From Dehalococcoidia bacterium (GTDB lineage Bacteria; Chloroflexota; Dehalococcoidia; UBA2979): a stretch of 64,000 nucleotides of DNA. Position numbers and translations under genes: made by a program. Positions 50,256-60,338 of this stretch are shown here, in pieces. The stretch lies in the NCBI GenBank assembly GCA_963667465.2, contig CAXXDN010000002.1:960001-1024000 (forward strand), read 5' to 3'. How positions within the stretch are numbered: position 1 is the first letter of the stretch; every line of letters starts with the position of its first letter. Below the pieces are notes generated by a model. That model was not told the origin of the DNA, made no database searches, and saw only the letters and a program-made list of their open reading frames with translations.

Positions 50256-51680
50256 CTACGAGGTGGTTGTGGCGTCCTGGCGCCTGAGCCGGGCGAGCAG
50301 CCTCGGCAGATCGCGCTCCTCCCAGGCGACCAGCACCTGCGCGGCGATTGCGATACTCGAGTAGGCGCCGGCGATCACGCCGACGAGCAGCACCAGCAAG
50401 AACGCCTCGATCGTCGATCCGCCCAGCCAGTACAGCGCGAGGATCGTGAACAGCAGCGTGATCGAGGTGTTCAGCGAGCGCCCGAGGGTCTGCACCAGGG
50501 CCGCGTTGACGTTTTCGGCGAGCGGCGCCGTCGGCGCGCGCTGCACGTTCTCGCGCACGCGGTCGAAGATCACGATCGTGTCGTGCACCGAGAAGCCGAT
50601 GATCGTCAGCAGCCCGGTCACGAACATCAGGTTGATCTCGATCCCGAAGATCTTGCCGAACAGCGAGAAGGCGCCGACCACGAGCGCGACGTCGTGCAGC
50701 AGCGCGATGATCGCGGCCATCGCGTAGCGGAACGGGTGCGGCATGCTGGAGAACGCGAACACGATGTAGCCCATGATGAACAGCGAGGCGATCACCACCG
50801 CCACCGCCGCGTTGCGCACCGCCTGCTTGGAGACCACCGCCGAGACCGAGGCGAACTCCAGCACCTCGAAGGGCCCGAAGCGCTTCCCCAGCTCGTCCTC
50901 GATCACGCCCCGCTCGCCGAGCTCCTCCGGGCTGAGCCCGGGCTCGCTCGCGGCGGCCGCATCGACGGGGCGTGTGTCTGCGGGGGCGACGAAGCCCGTG
51001 AGGACGGCGCCCTCGTCGTCATCCACCTGGACGCGGTAGGCGAGCACCTCCGCCTCCGGCTCTTCGCCGTCCTCGCCTTCCCCGTCGTCGGTCGATGTGT
51101 CGCCGCTCCCGGCGTCGCTGTCGTCGCCGCTCCCGGCGTCGCCTTCCTCGCTCGCCGCGTCATCGCCCTCGGCGGCGCCGTCCTCGGCCGGCTGTTCGCA
51201 GCCGCGGACCTCCTCGAGGATGCGCGCCTCCGCGCCCGCGGGAGCGCTCGCAATCTCGTCGCCGAATTCGCAGGCCTCGCCGAACTGGAAGACGCGCAGC
51301 GCGATTTCCCCCGCGGAGCCGTCGCCGCCGAGCAGGACCGAGCCGAGACCAGTGTCCTCGGGTGCGATCGCGCCGGCGTCCGGGGCGACCTCGATCAGCG
51401 CGGTGTCGGGCACGTCCAGCTTGCTCGTGCGGATCAGGTACTCGTTCGGGCCGGTGGACTGGATGCGCGCCTCGGGGTGGCCGAGTTCGGCGTAGGCGGC
51501 GCGCAGTGCGGCCTGGTCCACGCTGCGCTCGAAGCGCAGCAGCGTCGTCGTGCCCGAGGTGAACTCGATACCCGGCCGCAGCGTCGGCGGGATCGCCAGC
51601 AACACCAGCGCGATCGCCACCAACACCCCGCTCAACACGAAGAAGCGCCGGCGCGTCGAGACGAGGTCGAACGTCCTCAC
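50256..51680 (-). CDS. secF: Protein translocase subunit SecF with large extracytoplasmic insertion
   Basis: GIEFTSGT, ALLHD, GFSVHDTIVIFDRVRE, RSLNTS, GAYSSI; ~160 extra aa in the loop. Confidence 0.93.
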   Translation of the reverse strand: MRTFDLVSTRRRFFVLSGVLVAIALVLLAIPPTLRPGIEFTSGTTTLLRFERSVDQAALRAAYAELGHPEARIQSTGPNEYLIRTSKLDVPDTALIEVAPDAGAIAPEDTGLGSVLLGGDGSAGEIALRVFQFGEACEFGDEIASAPAGAEARILEEVRGCEQPAEDGAAEGDDAASEEGDAGSGDDSDAGSGDTSTDDGEGEDGEEPEAEVLAYRVQVDDDEGAVLTGFVAPADTRPVDAAAASEPGLSPEELGERGVIEDELGKRFGPFEVLEFASVSAVVSKQAVRNAAVAVVIASLFIMGYIVFAFSSMPHPFRYAMAAIIALLHDVALVVGAFSLFGKIFGIEINLMFVTGLLTIIGFSVHDTIVIFDRVRENVQRAPTAPLAENVNAALVQTLGRSLNTSITLLFTILALYWLGGSTIEAFLLVLLVGVIAGAYSSIAIAAQVLVAWEERDLPRLLARLRRQDATTTS

Positions 51681-53104
51681 GCCTCACCGCCCATCGAGGC
51701 GGCCTCGGCGGAGCCGGGTTCGGTCTGGATGCCGGGCCCGAGCAGGTCCGGGTTGCGCGCGATACGGGTGCCGACGAGCGCCTTGAGCAGGCTGCGAGTG
51801 ACGGTGATGGCCGAGAACATCGAGACCAGCACGCCGATCGCCAGCGTGACGGCGAAGCCCTGCACCAATGGCGCATCGAAGGCCCCGAAGCCGGGCAGCT
51901 CGATGCCGCCGCCGAGCGCGAAGAGGATGCCGCAGGTAATTAGCGTCGTGACGTTGGAGTCGCGGATCGAGGACCAGGCGCGCGCGAAACCGGCGTCGAG
52001 GGCGGTGTGGAAGGCGCGGCCGGAGCGCAGCTCCTCCTTCATGCGCTCGAAGATCAGGATGTTCGCGTCGACCGCCATACCAACGGAGAGGACGAACGCG
52101 GCGATGCCGGACAGCGTCAGCGTGACCGGGATCAGCTTGAAGATCGCCAGCGTCACCACCGTGTAGACGACCAGCGCGATCGAGGCGAGGATGCCCGGCA
52201 CCCGGTAGTAGAGCACCATGAACAGCATCACGATCAGCAGGCCGATCTCGCCGGCCAGCACGGAACGGCGCACCGAGTCCTCGCCGAGCGTCGCGTCCAC
52301 CTCCTGCTCCTGCAGGACGGTGAGCTGCACGGGCAGCGCACCGGAGTTGAGCTGGATCACAAGTTCGGTGGCGCGCTCGAAGGTGAGGCCGCTGATCGTG
52401 CCGTTGTCGATGATGACACCCTGCACCGTGGGCGCCGACAGCAGCTCGTTGTCGAGGAAGATCGCGAGCGGCTGACCGAGCAGGCGGCGCGTAATCTGCT
52501 CGGAGAGGGTCGCGCCCTCGCCAGTCCACTCGAACTGCACGAGCGGGTTGCCGAGCGGGTCCGAGCCCACGAAGGCATTCGCCCTCAGGAAGCGCCCGGT
52601 CAGCGCCACCGACTCGCCATCGAGGACCGCGAGCGACTGCACCCACTGCCCGTCGGGGCCGCAGGGCGCGCCTCCGCCGAGCCCCGTGGGCGCCTCGCAG
52701 AACTGCAGCAGCGCGGTGCGGCCGAGCAGCTGGCGCGCCTCGTCCGGCGCCAGGCCGGGGATCTGGATCGTGATGCTGTCGACTCCCTGGCGGGTGACCT
52801 CCGCCTCCGAGAGCCCCGCGGCGTTGACCCGCCGCTGGAGGACGCCCACGGAGCCCTCGAGGGCGTCGTCGAGGTCGCCCTCGGCGCCCTCGGGGAGGCT
52901 GCCCTGCAGCAGCAGCCGGGTGCCGCCCTGGAGATCGAGGCCGAGCCGCATCGTATCGCGCTCGAAGCCGCCGATGCTCACGCCCCGCCCCTCGGGCCAG
53001 GGAACCGATTCAGGCAGCCACTTGCCCGGCTCGGACGGCCAGATCGTGTAGATCGAGGCGATCGTCAGCAGCGCCACGCCAAGCAGTGGCAGCCAGCGCC
53101 TCAT
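51677..53104 (-). CDS. secD: Protein translocase subunit SecD
   Basis: LGLDLQGG, LNSGALP, VDATLG, GMAVDANILIFER, DSNVTT, GFAVTL. Confidence 0.96.
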   Translation of the reverse strand: MRRWLPLLGVALLTIASIYTIWPSEPGKWLPESVPWPEGRGVSIGGFERDTMRLGLDLQGGTRLLLQGSLPEGAEGDLDDALEGSVGVLQRRVNAAGLSEAEVTRQGVDSITIQIPGLAPDEARQLLGRTALLQFCEAPTGLGGGAPCGPDGQWVQSLAVLDGESVALTGRFLRANAFVGSDPLGNPLVQFEWTGEGATLSEQITRRLLGQPLAIFLDNELLSAPTVQGVIIDNGTISGLTFERATELVIQLNSGALPVQLTVLQEQEVDATLGEDSVRRSVLAGEIGLLIVMLFMVLYYRVPGILASIALVVYTVVTLAIFKLIPVTLTLSGIAAFVLSVGMAVDANILIFERMKEELRSGRAFHTALDAGFARAWSSIRDSNVTTLITCGILFALGGGIELPGFGAFDAPLVQGFAVTLAIGVLVSMFSAITVTRSLLKALVGTRIARNPDLLGPGIQTEPGSAEAASMGGEA

Positions 53105-53428
53105 CTAGCGAGCGTCCGTCTCATCGGCGGCGTCGAGGGCGGTCTCCGGCTCGGCGTCCGCAGCCGAGGCGGTCACGATCTGGACCGCGTCGGCGGTAGC
53201 GCGCAGCTCAACGCCGGGGGCGACCTCGAGCAGGATCTCGAGCGGGCCGTCCTCGCGCGTGCGGATCGCGCGCACAGTGGAGTAGAAGCCGCCCGTGGTG
53301 AGCACCTCGTCGCCGACGGCCAGTTTGCTGAGGTCGCGGCGGCGGCGGCGCTGCTGGCTGAGCACCGGGCGCAGCAGGATCAGGTAGAAGGCGACGACGA
53401 CGAAGAGCAGCGGCCAGATGAGTTCCAC
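53105..53428 (-). CDS. yajC: Preprotein translocase subunit YajC
   Basis: N-terminal TM, RP..QQR, GDEVLTTGG; upstream of secD. Confidence 0.9.
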   Translation of the reverse strand: MELIWPLLFVVVAFYLILLRPVLSQQRRRRRDLSKLAVGDEVLTTGGFYSTVRAIRTREDGPLEILLEVAPGVELRATADAVQIVTASAADAEPETALDAADETDAR

Positions 53429-53437
53429 GCCGCCTCC

Positions 53438-53968
53438 TTAGCCCGCGTCCGCGGCCAGCTCACGGTCCGCGCCCTCGGCGCGAACCCAGCTGTCGCCCTC
53501 GAGTTTCATCAGGTCGTCCATGCTATCGAGGCGGTCCACGTAGAGGATGCCGTTGATGTGGTCCACCTCGTGCTCCAGCGCCTGCGCAAGCAGGTTGTCC
53601 TCGGCGCGGATTCGCACCTCGCGGCCGGCGAGGTCCATCGCCTTCACGACCACGCGCTGCGAGCGGGTCAAGTCGCCGCGGTAGCCGGGCACGGAGAGGC
53701 AGCCCTCGCCCTCCATGCGGCGCTCGCCGGAGCGCTTCACGACCACCGGGTTGAGCAGCGCGAACGGCTCCTCGTCCGGCATGCCGATCACCACGACCCG
53801 CAGGCCGACACCGATCTGCGGCGCCGCGAGGCCGACGCCCTGTGCCGCGACCATCGATTCGATCATGTCGTCGACGAGCCGCCGAATCGACTCGTCGGGG
53901 CGGCGCACCTTCTTCGCCTGACGGCGCAGGACGGGGTCGCCGAGGTAGCGGATCGGTCGGACGGTCAG
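53438..53968 (-). CDS. def: Peptide deformylase (probable CTG start)
   Basis: GVGLAAPQIG, EGCLS, HEVDH; GGGAG 6 nt upstream of CTG-ACC-GTC-CGA (M-T-V-R-P-I). Confidence 0.93.
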   Translation of the reverse strand: MTVRPIRYLGDPVLRRQAKKVRRPDESIRRLVDDMIESMVAAQGVGLAAPQIGVGLRVVVIGMPDEEPFALLNPVVVKRSGERRMEGEGCLSVPGYRGDLTRSQRVVVKAMDLAGREVRIRAEDNLLAQALEHEVDHINGILYVDRLDSMDDLMKLEGDSWVRAEGADRELAADAG

Positions 53969-54091
53969 AGTCTGCTCCCGCTGCGGCGTCGCTGGCTGGG
54001 CGCGCGGCGTCGCGCGCTGGGCGCATCGAGTGTAGCCCACCATGTGCGCAGCGTCCGCGCCACTACGAGGTCGGACGGAGGATGGCTCGCG

Positions 54092-56779
54092 CTACCCAAG
54101 GGTGAGCGGATCAATGTCGACGACCCAGCCCGCGGGGAACTCGATGTCGCGGAGCAGCTCGGCCGGGTCGGGCGCGCGCACGAGCAAGGCCCAGCGATGG
54201 CGCCCACGGACGCGTGCGAGCGGCGGCGGGGCGGGGCCCAACACCTCGATGTTCGGCAGCCCCGCGGCGACGCGCTCCAGCTCCGCGCTCATGCGCCGCG
54301 CCTCCTCGGCGGCGTAGTCGCCCCGCGTGTGCGAGAAGACGAGCCGCGCGAGGCGCTGGAACGGCGGGTAGCCGTATTCCGCTCGCCAGGCCAGCTCGTC
54401 CTCGAAGAACCCGTCCACGTCGTGGCGCTCGAGGGCCTCGATCGCGGGGTCCTCGGGGGAGAGCGTCTGTACGATCACCCGGCCCTGGCGGTCGGCGCGC
54501 CCGGCGCGGCCCGCGACCTGCTCCAGCAGCTGGAAGGTGCGCTCGCGTGCCCGGAAGTCGCCGTCGTTCAGCCCGTAGTCCGCGAGCACCACGCCGACGA
54601 GCGTGACGAGCGGCAGATCGAGGCCCTTCGCGATCATCTGCGTGCCGACCAGGACGTCGATCTCGTGGCGCTGCATGCGACCGAAGATCTCCTCGTGCTG
54701 CTCGCGACGTCGCGCGGTGTCGCGATCCCAGCGCTCGACGCGCGCGGTCGGGTAGAGGTTGCGCACCTCGCGCTGCACGGCCTGCGTGCCCGCGCGGGCC
54801 CGGCGCAGCGGCCCCTCGCACTCGAGGCAGCGGGGCGGCACGCGGCGCGTCCGATTGCACTGGTGGCAGACCAGCCTGCCGGGCGGGTCGTGCAGCGTCA
54901 GCGAGACGTCGCAGCTGGAGCAGGCGGGCGAGTGCCCGCGCGGGCAGAGCAGGAAGCCGGCGAGACCGCGACGGTTGAGGAAGAGCAGCGCCTGCTCCTC
55001 GCGGTCCAGCGTCTCACCGATGGCCTGCGCGAGCTCACCGGAGAAGAGGTCGCGCTGCCCCCGCGCGTCGATGATCTCGACCGCGGGCAGGCCCTCGTCC
55101 GGCCAGACCTGCGTGGTCCCGTCGGGCTGGCGCACGGCGCGCATCCGCCGAGGCAGATCGAGGCGCAGGAGCCGGCCCTCGGCGGCGGCGTGCCAGCGTT
55201 CGGCGTCCGGGGTGGCGGTGCCGAAGACCAGCGCCGCGCCGCTCAGCTCCGCGATCCGCTCGGCGACCGTGCGCGCGTCGTAGCGCGGCGCCGGCTCCGC
55301 CTGCTTGTAGGTCCACTCGTGCGCCTCGTCGATCACGATCAGACCGAGGTCCGGTTGCGGCGCGAAGATCGCCGAACGGGAGCCGATTACCACGTCGTAA
55401 TCGCCTCCGGCGATGGCGTGCCACTCGTCGTAGCGCTCGCCCTCGCTGAGGCCGGAGTGCAGCACGCCCACGCGGCCGGGGAAGCGTTCGGCGAAGCGCG
55501 CAACGGTGGGCACGGTCAGCGCGATCTCGGGCACGAGCACGATCCCGCGCTTGCCCTGGTCGACTGCGTGCTGCAGCGCCGCCAGGTAGACCTCGGTCTT
55601 CCCGCTCCCGGAGACGCCCGCGAGGAGCAACGCCTCGCCAGCGGCGCGATCGATCGCCTCGATGATCACGCGCGCCGCCCCGCGCTGCTCGCCGACCAGC
55701 TCCGGCGGCGGGCGGATCGCGACCTCGAGGCTGCGCAGCGGATCGCGGCGGTCGAGCACTTCCTCGACGGTGAGCAGGCCCTCGTCCCGCAGCATCGCCA
55801 GCGCCTCACGCGCGGCCGCGCCGAACTCGCGCGCGAGCTCGCCAAGGGGCAGCGACAGATCCGGCACGGCGGCGAAACGCTCGAGCATGCGCGCCGCCGC
55901 GTCCTGCGCGCGCGTGCGCGTCCACTCGCGGATCCGGTCGGCCGCCTGCTCCGGCGACAGCGCGAGTGTCACGAGGCCGCGCCCGTCGATCTCGACGTCA
56001 CCGTCCTCGATCAGCGTCTCCACGGCCGGCCGGCCGCGCGCGATCTTCGCCAGTTCGTCGATCGCGACCGGCCCGCCGGCGTCGAGCACGGCCTGTAGCG
56101 CGCGGGCGCGGCGTGAGGCGCGACGGCCTTCGATGCCCTGCGCGAAGCGCAGCGCCTCCTCCGGCGCCGCGGCGAGACGCACGACCTCGACGACGCGCGG
56201 GCGGCCGCTGGGGCGGCTCAGCTCGTAGCGCCGCTCGGCGAGCCGACGGCGGACGAGCGCCGCAAGGGCAGCCTCGAAGGCTCGCGCCGCGACACGGCCG
56301 GGGAGCGCCGCGCGCAGCCGGCCGGCCTCGCGCGGGGTGTCGCCGAGCAGGTCGTAGATCTGTTGCTGACGCTCGGAGAGCGCCTCCGGCGGCTCGGCGC
56401 TCCCCCGGACAAGGAGCCTCCGCGGCCGCTCGCCCGCGCCTGGGGGCAGCATCAGCGCGTGCGCCTCCCACTGCGGCGCCAGGTACTCGTGCGCGATCCA
56501 GCGGGCCAGCGCGAGCTGGAGGTCGTTGAGCCGTGGGGCGCCCGCGACGGGTGGATCGAGATCGCGAATGTCGCCGTGGTAGCCGCTGAAGCCGGTGGGC
56601 GACTCGACGACGATGCCCTGCAGGGTGCGCTGCCCCCATGGGACGTGCACCACCTCCCCGGCCGCGACTTCGCGCCCCGGCGGGACGCGGTAGGAGAAGG
56701 TCATGTGCGTGGGGCGCCCCGCGTTGACGGCGACCTGCACGTAGCGGGCGCGCGCCGGCGACGGCGCTTGAGATGCCAT
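54092..56779 (-). CDS. priA: Primosomal protein N'
   Basis: GVSGSGKTEVY, LVPEIAL, IDEAH, LNRRG, Cys-rich region, GTQMIAKGLD, QVAGRAGR, DIDP. Confidence 0.96.
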   Translation of the reverse strand: MASQAPSPARARYVQVAVNAGRPTHMTFSYRVPPGREVAAGEVVHVPWGQRTLQGIVVESPTGFSGYHGDIRDLDPPVAGAPRLNDLQLALARWIAHEYLAPQWEAHALMLPPGAGERPRRLLVRGSAEPPEALSERQQQIYDLLGDTPREAGRLRAALPGRVAARAFEAALAALVRRRLAERRYELSRPSGRPRVVEVVRLAAAPEEALRFAQGIEGRRASRRARALQAVLDAGGPVAIDELAKIARGRPAVETLIEDGDVEIDGRGLVTLALSPEQAADRIREWTRTRAQDAAARMLERFAAVPDLSLPLGELAREFGAAAREALAMLRDEGLLTVEEVLDRRDPLRSLEVAIRPPPELVGEQRGAARVIIEAIDRAAGEALLLAGVSGSGKTEVYLAALQHAVDQGKRGIVLVPEIALTVPTVARFAERFPGRVGVLHSGLSEGERYDEWHAIAGGDYDVVIGSRSAIFAPQPDLGLIVIDEAHEWTYKQAEPAPRYDARTVAERIAELSGAALVFGTATPDAERWHAAAEGRLLRLDLPRRMRAVRQPDGTTQVWPDEGLPAVEIIDARGQRDLFSGELAQAIGETLDREEQALLFLNRRGLAGFLLCPRGHSPACSSCDVSLTLHDPPGRLVCHQCNRTRRVPPRCLECEGPLRRARAGTQAVQREVRNLYPTARVERWDRDTARRREQHEEIFGRMQRHEIDVLVGTQMIAKGLDLPLVTLVGVVLADYGLNDGDFRARERTFQLLEQVAGRAGRADRQGRVIVQTLSPEDPAIEALERHDVDGFFEDELAWRAEYGYPPFQRLARLVFSHTRGDYAAEEARRMSAELERVAAGLPNIEVLGPAPPPLARVRGRHRWALLVRAPDPAELLRDIEFPAGWVVDIDPLTLG

Positions 56780-56822
56780 GCCTCGATGATACGTGCGCGG
56801 ACGGCTCGGTCAGGCGCGGGTT

Positions 56823-57167
56823 CTAGGCGCGGCGCGCCTCGCGGACGCGGGCGGCGCGGCCGGTGCGGCCACGCAGGTAGTAGAGCCGCGAGCGGCGGAC
56901 GCGCCCGCGGCGCGTCACCTTCACGCTCTCGATGCGCTTGCCGTTGAAGGGGAAGGTGCGCTCGACGCCCACGCCCGAGGCCATCCGCCGCACGGTGAAG
57001 CTGCCGTTCGGACCCTTGCGCACGCGCAGCACGACTCCCTCGAAGGCCTGGATGCGCTCGCGCTCGCCTTCGACAACGCGCACGCTGACGCTGACGGTAT
57101 CGCCCGCCTTGAAGTCGGGGATGGCCTCGTTGCGCGGCGAGGCGAGTTCGCGCAGGTCAATCGACAT
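56823..57167 (-). CDS. rplS: 50S ribosomal protein L19
   Basis: [43 protein letters not shown]. Confidence 0.98.
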   Translation of the reverse strand: MSIDLRELASPRNEAIPDFKAGDTVSVSVRVVEGERERIQAFEGVVLRVRKGPNGSFTVRRMASGVGVERTFPFNGKRIESVKVTRRGRVRRSRLYYLRGRTGRAARVREARRA

Positions 57168-57260
57168 TTCGGTTCCCGGAAGATACGGCCGGGCTCCCGC
57201 GGAGCCCTCCGCACCAAGTCTATGGCGCGTTTGGCGGTAGCGTCGAGCGAGCTCGCGGCC

Positions 57261-57446
57261 TCAGTCCAGCAGCAGCGCGTACCCGCCGGGCGCGAGCGCG
57301 GCGAGGATCACCGCAGGCACGGCGTTGCGCACGCGGCGCTCACGATCGGCGAGCCCGATCAGCCCCACGATCGTCAGCCCCACGATCGCGTTCGCGGCCA
57401 TGCAGACACCCCCGACCAGCAGTGCGTAACCCGGCACGTCCATCAT
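57261..57446 (-). CDS. Possible 61-aa membrane microprotein
   Basis: MMDVPGYALLVGGVCMAANAIVGLTIVGLIGL...AVILAALAPGGYALLLD; fills the trmD-rplS gap; no clear RBS. Confidence 0.4.
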   Translation of the reverse strand: MMDVPGYALLVGGVCMAANAIVGLTIVGLIGLADRERRVRNAVPAVILAALAPGGYALLLD

Positions 57447-57502
57447 CTGCGCGATATGGCAACCCCTCGGGCCGAACGCGTGCAGCCCGACCACGACCGC
57501 GG

Positions 57503-58246
57503 CTACTCGGCGGGTTCCAGGCGGGCGCGCTCCTCGGGCGTCAGGTCAGCCTCGGCCAGCAGGTCCGGGCGGCGCTCCAGTGTGCGTTGCACGCGCTGCT
57601 CGCGCCGCCAGCGCTCGATCTCGGCGTGGTGGCCGGAGAGCAGCACCTCCGGCACGATCCAGTCGCGGAACCCGGATGGGCGCGTGTACTGCGGGTACTC
57701 CAGCAGGCCGCCCTCGAAACTCTCCTCCGCCAGCGACCCCTCGCCACCCAGCACGCCGGGGATGCGCCGCACCAGCGCGTCGAGCAGCAGCAGCGCCGGC
57801 AGCTCCCCGCCCGACAGCACCACGTCGGCGACCGACACCTCGATGTCCACGAGCTGCTCGCGCACACGCTCGTCGACGCCCTCGTAGCGGCCGCAGATCA
57901 GCAGCAGGCGCGGCAGCGCCGCGAGCTCGGCGACCAGGTCGCGATCGAGGCGGCGGCCCTGCGGCGTCAGCAGGACGACGCTCGCGGGCGGCTCGGCGAG
58001 CGGCTGGATCGCCTCGACAGCCTCGAAGATCGGCTCCGGCTTCAGCACCATCCCCGGACCGCCACCGAAGGGGTAGTCGTCGACGGTGCGATGGCGGTCG
58101 TAGGTCCAGTCCCGCAGATCGTGCAGCGCGATCTCGACACGGCCCGCGTCGAGTGCGCGGCGCAGGATCGTCTCGTCCAGCGGGCCACGGAAGATGCCCG
58201 GGAAGATCGTCAGTACGTCGTAGCGTCTGGCCGCGGCGGCGCTCAT
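57503..58246 (-). CDS. trmD: tRNA (guanine37-N1)-methyltransferase
   Basis: [45 protein letters not shown]. Confidence 0.97.
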   Translation of the reverse strand: MSAAAARRYDVLTIFPGIFRGPLDETILRRALDAGRVEIALHDLRDWTYDRHRTVDDYPFGGGPGMVLKPEPIFEAVEAIQPLAEPPASVVLLTPQGRRLDRDLVAELAALPRLLLICGRYEGVDERVREQLVDIEVSVADVVLSGGELPALLLLDALVRRIPGVLGGEGSLAEESFEGGLLEYPQYTRPSGFRDWIVPEVLLSGHHAEIERWRREQRVQRTLERRPDLLAEADLTPEERARLEPAE

Positions 58247-58265
58247 CGCGTTCCGTCCGCCCCGA

Positions 58266-58790
58266 TCAGCCGGCGTGCGTGCCGGCGGGCGGGCGCTCCT
58301 CGGGCGCCTCGCGCAGCTGGGCGATGGCGTGCGCCAGTACGGGCAGCACCACCGCCAGGTTCTCCGTCGCCCCGCGTTCGCTGCCCGGCAGGTTGAGGAT
58401 CAGCGTGCGCCCCCGCACCCCGGCGACCGCGCGCGACAGCATCGCCGTCGGCACCACGGCAATCGAGGCGGCGCGCATCGCCTCCGCGATCCCGTCCACC
58501 CGGTAGTCGAGCACGGCCTCGGTCGCCTGCGGCGTGCGATCGCGCGGGGTCAGACCGGTGCCGCCCGCAGTCACAAGCAGCGCGGCGTCGTCCTCGTCGG
58601 CGCGCTCGCGCAGCCATGTCGAGATGCGGTCCGCGTCATCGGGCAGCACGACGGGAGTAGCAACCGCGAAGCCCGCCTCGCGCAGCAGCGCGGCGACGGC
58701 CGGGCCGGCGCGGTCCTCGAGCTCCCCGCGCGAGGCGCGGTCGCTCACGGTCAGGACAGCGGCGACGCCGAGCGCTGCGGGGTTAGACAT
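58266..58790 (-). CDS. Molybdopterin adenylyltransferase (Mog/MoaB family)
   Basis: [31 protein letters not shown]. Confidence 0.92.
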   Translation of the reverse strand: MSNPAALGVAAVLTVSDRASRGELEDRAGPAVAALLREAGFAVATPVVLPDDADRISTWLRERADEDDAALLVTAGGTGLTPRDRTPQATEAVLDYRVDGIAEAMRAASIAVVPTAMLSRAVAGVRGRTLILNLPGSERGATENLAVVLPVLAHAIAQLREAPEERPPAGTHAG

Positions 58791-58847
58791 GCGGGCTTCC
58801 CTGCGGACTCCACCGTGGATCGTAGCAGGGGCGGGCGCATCGGGGCG

Positions 58848-58912
58848 GTGGGGGTGGTTGTCGGGCAGTGGTGCGTGTGGTAGCCTCGCGGGGTCAAGTG
58901 GGGTGAAATGGG
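58848..58912 (+). promoter_or_regulatory. MraZ-binding direct repeats in the dcw promoter
   Basis: GTGGG-like pentamers at 58848, 58868, 58877, 58888, 58898 and 58908 (~10-bp period) upstream of mraZ. Confidence 0.75.
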
Positions 58913-58962
58913 AGAGATTCCCAGATTGGCCCACGGATGAGGAACCAGCGTCGGAGGCTGCC

Positions 58963-59382
58963 GTGCACTTCTACGGCACGTACGAGCACTCGCTGGACGA
59001 CCGTGGACGGGTCGCGATTCCGGCCGTCTACCGCCGCGAACTCCAGGACGGTGGCGTGCTGCGCCCCGCCGACGACGGCTGCCTCGAGCTCTACACGCAC
59101 GAGAGCTTCACTGCGAAGACCGAAGAGGTGCTGGGCGACTCCGACACGCGCACGCGCATCGGCCGCCAGCGGCGGCGCGCCTTCCTCTCACGCGCCTTCG
59201 GGTTCACCCAACTGGACCGGCAGGGGCGCATCGTGATCCCGCAGGAAATGCGCGAGCACGCCGAGCTGGCCGGCCGCGTCGCCCTTGTCGGGCTCGGCGA
59301 CTACGTCGAGGTCTGGGACCTCGACCGCTGGCAAGGCGCCGACGAGGCCGCCGCCGAGGCGGTGTTGGAGGACGACGCATGA
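58963..59382 (+). CDS. mraZ: Division/cell wall cluster transcriptional repressor MraZ
   Basis: GGAGG RBS + GTG; FYGTYEHSLDDRGRVAIP and LDRQGRIVIP (two DxxGR motifs), EVW. Confidence 0.95.
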   Translation: MHFYGTYEHSLDDRGRVAIPAVYRRELQDGGVLRPADDGCLELYTHESFTAKTEEVLGDSDTRTRIGRQRRRAFLSRAFGFTQLDRQGRIVIPQEMREHAELAGRVALVGLGDYVEVWDLDRWQGADEAAAEAVLEDDA

Positions 59383-60338
59383 GCGCCTCCAGCCTTGCGC
59401 AACACGAGCCCGTCATGGTGGCCGAGTCCCTCGAGGGCCTCGCCGTGCGCCCGGGCGGGCGCTACATCGACGCGACCGCGGGCCTCGGTGGCCACGCGGA
59501 GGCGGTGCTCGAGGCAGCGCAGCCCGGCGGCTCCCTGCTGGGCATCGACGTGGACCCGCAGGCGCTGGCGGCTGCCGGCGAGCGGTTGGCGCGCTTCGGC
59601 AGCGCCGTGCTGCTGGTGCGCGGCCACTACCGCGACCTGGCAGCGATCGCCGTCGAGCACGGGTTCGAGCGCGTCGAGGGCGTTCTGTTCGATCTCGGCG
59701 TCTCTTCGTTGCAGCTCGCTGCGCCGGGGCGGGGCTTCTCGTTCCAGCGCGACGAGCCGCTGGACATGCGTATGGATCCGGGCGCCGAACTGACGGCGGC
59801 CGTGATCGTGAACGAGTACGGAGAAGGCGAGCTGGCGGAGTTGCTGCGTCGCTTCGGCGAGGAGCCGCGCAGCCGGGCGATCGCGAGAGCGATCGTCGCC
59901 GCACGCCCGCTGCACACCACTGGCGAGCTGGCCGGCGCCGTCGCGCGGGTCGCAGGACGGGGCAGGGAACGTCGAACAATCAACCCCGCCACTCTGACGT
60001 TCCAGGCACTGAGGATCGCGGTGAACCAGGAGCTCGAGTTCCTGGCTGACGCGCTGACTGCTGCCTGCGACCTGCTCGACGGCGCCGGCGCTCGCCTGGT
60101 GGTGATCTCCTTTCACTCGCTCGAGGACCGCATCGTCAAGGACTTCCTCCGCCGGGAGTCGCAAGACTGCCTCTGTCCGCCGCGCAGCCCCGGCTGCGTC
60201 TGCGGCCACACGGCGACCCTGCGACTGGTCAACCGGCGTGTCCGCAGGCCCTCCGTCGCCGAGGTGGCCCGCAATCCCCGCGCCCGTTCGGCGCGGCTGC
60301 GTGTCGCCGAGGCGCTGGGCGAACAGGCGGCGGCCTGA
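59379..60338 (+). CDS. rsmH: 16S rRNA m4C1402 methyltransferase
   Basis: HEPVM, DATAGLGGH, DLGVSS, PLDMRMD, FQALRIAVN, ISFHSLEDRIVK, NPRARSARLR. Confidence 0.97.
   Translation: MSASSLAQHEPVMVAESLEGLAVRPGGRYIDATAGLGGHAEAVLEAAQPGGSLLGIDVDPQALAAAGERLARFGSAVLLVRGHYRDLAAIAVEHGFERVEGVLFDLGVSSLQLAAPGRGFSFQRDEPLDMRMDPGAELTAAVIVNEYGEGELAELLRRFGEEPRSRAIARAIVAARPLHTTGELAGAVARVAGRGRERRTINPATLTFQALRIAVNQELEFLADALTAACDLLDGAGARLVVISFHSLEDRIVKDFLRRESQDCLCPPRSPGCVCGHTATLRLVNRRVRRPSVAEVARNPRARSARLRVAEALGEQAAA

Noticed and set aside
52007-56098. 1363-aa plus-strand ORF and other long antisense ORFs (5297-7810, 21326-23734, 37033-39648, 40422-42974)
   Set aside because: Shadow frames opposite well-supported genes; expected from high GC3 codon bias; no recognisable motifs.
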